From NCBI GenBank assembly GCA_965222375.1, contig CBDCTZ010000012.1:1-64000 (forward strand): a stretch of 64,000 bases of DNA, in the 5' to 3' direction. Made by a program: the position numbers and the translations under genes. This DNA is from Polyangiaceae bacterium. Lineage in GTDB: Bacteria > Myxococcota_A > Polyangia > Polyangiales > Polyangiaceae. Each line of letters begins with the position of its first letter. Position 1 is the stretch's first letter. Positions 61,191 to 64,000 of the stretch are shown here, piece after piece. Under the pieces are notes generated by a model that saw only the letters and a list, made by a program, of their open reading frames with translations, was not told the DNA's origin and searched no databases.

Positions 61191-63383
61191 CTAGCGCGGA
61201 GGAGGGCGCCGGCTCGCGCGAGACAGTAGGAGCAACTCCTTCGCGCGTTGAAACACTTCGTCTTCGCTGACCAGGACCAAGTTGGCGGCGTCGCCCAAGG
61301 GGATGAAGGTGTCGGCCGCGGTGACTCGGGCGAAGCGTACGCCGCTGGCACTCTCGAGCACGGCCGCCGCTAGAGCTTCACTCAGACTTCCGCTGGTGCG
61401 GCATTCATCCACGACCAAGAGCGTGCCCGTTTCCCGCGCGTGGTGCAGCACGGCGTTTTCCGGCAGCGGCACCAGGTAGCGGAGATCGAGAACCCGCGCC
61501 CGAGCGCTGGTTTCCTTGAACAGGCGTCGCGCCGCCCGCAAGGATAGGTAGAGTCCGTTGCCATAAGTCGCGATGGTGAGGTCCGGCGCGTCGCTCTCGT
61601 AGACCCGGGGTTCAAAGGGCGTCGCGACGTCGGCGGTTGGCTCTGCCGCCCACTGTCCGTCCTTGTCATCGAATAGATCCCGCGTGTGATACAGGGCAAT
61701 GGGCTCGATGCTGACGACGACGCGGCGGGCCTCGGATGCCAAGGCGAAGGCCGTGCGATACAACTCCAGGGCGTCATCGGCCCGCGCGGGGCAAATCACG
61801 ATCAACCCGGGAATGTCCCGGAGCACAGCGATGCTGTTGTCATTGTGAAAGTGGCCCCCAAAACCCTTCTGGTATGCCATTCCCGCGATGCGCACGAGCA
61901 TGGGGTTGTCCATGACGCCGGCGGAGAAGAAGGAGAAGCTGGCCGCCTCCCCCCGGAGCTGGTCTTCGGCGTTGTGCAGGTAGGCGAGGTATTGGATCTC
62001 CGGCACCGGCATCAGGCCCTGTTGCGCCGTGCCCAGGGCAAGGCCGAGGATCGTCTGCTCGTCCAAAAGCGTGTTGAAGACGCGGGCCGGGCCACCCTCG
62101 GCGAGCAAGCCTTTCGTCACGCCGTAGACGCCGCCCTTCTTTGCGACATCTTCGCCGAAAATCAGCGCTTCGGGTCGCGTGTCCAACAGCTCCGATAGGG
62201 CCGCGTTGATGCCTTGAGCCAGGGTGAGCGCGTCGGAGCCATGGTTTGCGCTATAGCGCTTCGCCGACGCGATCACGGCGGTGTTGTCTGCGGCTCGCGC
62301 AACGGGCACGACAATCTCTTCTCGGCTGGTCAAGCGGGGCGCGGTCCGCGCCCGTTCTGCTTCGGCTTGTGCCCGCTGCTCCGCGGCGTCGTCCCACTCC
62401 AGAATGTCCGCTGCCGAGGCCGCTCCACCAGCCAGCAGGGAGAACGCAGCCCGGGCGACGGGATCGGCATGGGTGGCGTCTTCCAACTCTTGGGGCGAGC
62501 GGTAGGTCGTGTCTACGTCGCTGCCGGCGTGTCCGAGCAGCCGCACCGTCTTCAGATGTAGGACGGCCGCCCGGCGCGAGGTGCGGCAATACTGCACGGC
62601 AGCCTCGGCGGCGCGGTAGCTGCCCGCCAGGTCACCTCCGTCCGCGGCAAAGTAGCGAATGTTCGGAAGCGCGTTCAGTCGAGCGTGGACCCAGCCTTCG
62701 GGGCTGCGCACGCTGATGCCGAGACCGTTGTCTTCACACACGAAAAGCAGCGGCAGGGTCAGGTTCTGCTGCAGCACCCAGCCCACGGCGTTGAAGGCGC
62801 CGAGGGCAGTCGAGTGGTTCACGCTTGCGTCTCCGAAGGAGGCTATCGCGACGGCATCATCTGGCGCGGGGTCGCTCAGCTTCAGTCGTCGGCGCCGCTC
62901 CAAGGCGAAGGCCAGACCGACGGCTCGCGGCAGGTGGCTCGCGATCGTGCTCGTAGAGGGAATGATGCCCAGGGCGGGGTGGCCGAAGACCTTATGTCGA
63001 CCGCCGCTCATGGGATCTTCTTTGGAGGCCACCAAGCTCTGAGCGATGGCGCGTACTGGATCGACCTCCCTGACGCCGCGAGCGCGCTCAACCTGAACTG
63101 CTGCGCTGCGATAGTGCAACAGCGCCGGGTCCGTCGTGGTCGTCAACCGTCCGAGCACGACGTTGCTTTCGTGGCCCGTGCTGCAGATCGTGTAGTGCCC
63201 GTGGCCGTCGCGTCGGAGCTCGTGGGCGACGTGGTCCAGGTGGCGGGCGTGCAACATGCTTTGGAGCAGCTCGCGCCCCATGACCGGATCCAGATCGAAG
63301 GGCGGCACGTCCTCGGTCTCAGTTGGCTGCGAGACCCGGTCCCGAAAGCGTTGCATCAGCTGGGCTAGGCGGTCCAAAGGCAT
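61191..63383 (-). CDS. 2-oxoacid dehydrogenase E1, fused alpha+beta (TPP-dependent)
   Basis: HYRS, FGDASVNH, EDNGLGIS, GHAGSD, GEDVAKKGGVYG, FNTLLDE, EIQYLAY, GGHFHN. Confidence 0.95.
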   Translation of the reverse strand: MPLDRLAQLMQRFRDRVSQPTETEDVPPFDLDPVMGRELLQSMLHARHLDHVAHELRRDGHGHYTICSTGHESNVVLGRLTTTTDPALLHYRSAAVQVERARGVREVDPVRAIAQSLVASKEDPMSGGRHKVFGHPALGIIPSTSTIASHLPRAVGLAFALERRRRLKLSDPAPDDAVAIASFGDASVNHSTALGAFNAVGWVLQQNLTLPLLFVCEDNGLGISVRSPEGWVHARLNALPNIRYFAADGGDLAGSYRAAEAAVQYCRTSRRAAVLHLKTVRLLGHAGSDVDTTYRSPQELEDATHADPVARAAFSLLAGGAASAADILEWDDAAEQRAQAEAERARTAPRLTSREEIVVPVARAADNTAVIASAKRYSANHGSDALTLAQGINAALSELLDTRPEALIFGEDVAKKGGVYGVTKGLLAEGGPARVFNTLLDEQTILGLALGTAQQGLMPVPEIQYLAYLHNAEDQLRGEAASFSFFSAGVMDNPMLVRIAGMAYQKGFGGHFHNDNSIAVLRDIPGLIVICPARADDALELYRTAFALASEARRVVVSIEPIALYHTRDLFDDKDGQWAAEPTADVATPFEPRVYESDAPDLTIATYGNGLYLSLRAARRLFKETSARARVLDLRYLVPLPENAVLHHARETGTLLVVDECRTSGSLSEALAAAVLESASGVRFARVTAADTFIPLGDAANLVLVSEDEVFQRAKELLLLSRASRRPPPR

Positions 63384-63535
63384 GACGGCGGCCGAGCCTA
63401 ACCCAGCGCCCTGGTTCCGTGTAAGATGACAATAGGCCCCGAGTGCAGCCAGCAAGTAGCCGGTCCGAAGAGCCGACCATCGTCGAACGACCCGAGGGGA
63501 GCAGCGGCGATACGGCAAATACGCCTCCCAGCGGC

Positions 63536-64000
63536 ATGACGGGGATCAGCGTGAGCTCCCGCAGCGGCGTGACGACTGCGGCACCGATGATCCTTCAGGC
63601 CGAAGAGCACGCGCGCACGGTGGCTCTCGTGCGGCTCGTGTTCGCTGCGGGTAGTGCCGGTCTGATTGCGATCTTCTTGCAGGAGCGGCTCAGCCCAGGA
63701 AAGTGGCTTGCGGTCATCGTGGTGGGCCTGACGACCTTCGTTGCAGGCTGGCTGATGCTGCGCTTCCGGGATCCCGGGCGCTACGACCCTCGCCTCGCGC
63801 TCTTGTTCGGCATCTGCTGCGTCGCATCGACCCTTGCCACCGTGTACTACGTCGGCGTCTTCGCGCCGCCCATCATCGCGATGTACATCGGGATCTACTT
63901 CTTCGGGATGGGAGACTCCGCGCTGAGCGGTTGGACCATCTACGCCACCGGTGCGGCCGGCTACTTCGCGCTGAACATTGCGGCTCTATTTGGCAAGATA
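63536..64000 (+). CDS. Multi-TM membrane protein, partial (possibly the sensor region of a Ser/Thr kinase)
   Basis: Frame open from ATG 63536 to the window end with several hydrophobic helices; the kinase guess is inference only. Confidence 0.65.
   Translation, partial: MTGISVSSRSGVTTAAPMILQAEEHARTVALVRLVFAAGSAGLIAIFLQERLSPGKWLAVIVVGLTTFVAGWLMLRFRDPGRYDPRLALLFGICCVASTLATVYYVGVFAPPIIAMYIGIYFFGMGDSALSGWTIYATGAAGYFALNIAALFGKI

Noticed and set aside
61191..63383. Fused E1 alpha/beta as a novelty
   Set aside because: Fused E1 proteins are a well-known, common architecture.

Overview
GC-rich bacterial DNA with clear Myxococcota (Polyangiales-like) signatures: a TIGR04563-type small protein, a MYXO-CTERM-like tail, a GltE/AglT-like TPR lipoprotein and Cys-rich repeat lipoproteins. 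About 55 coding regions are supportable. They include acnA, selA, a CtpA-like S41 protease, a slyD-DUF1844-degP-ECF sigma/anti-sigma operon, LarA plus a fused LeuD-LeuC-type aconitase-family enzyme, two sulfatase-like proteins, histidine kinases, MscS channels and a fused 2-oxoacid dehydrogenase E1. Top finding: two ORF-track pieces (24139..24399 and 23803..24114, minus strand) are in frame and separated by one TGA in a W-U-P-F-C (UxxC) motif, followed at once by a SECIS-like hairpin. The joined 198-aa lipoprotein resembles the N-terminal domain of animal selenoprotein P, and selA lies in the same window. Other points: an orphan bufferin(BufA2)-like Cys-rich lipoprotein next door; an SLC12/CCC transporter fused to a P-loop ATPase/wHTH and translationally coupled to MscS; several genes broken by internal deletions, including a collapsed porin-multiheme cytochrome remnant; and a recurring leaderless-type -10 box. 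No rRNA, tRNA, CRISPR array or transposase was seen. All family calls come from motif recognition by eye, not database searches.
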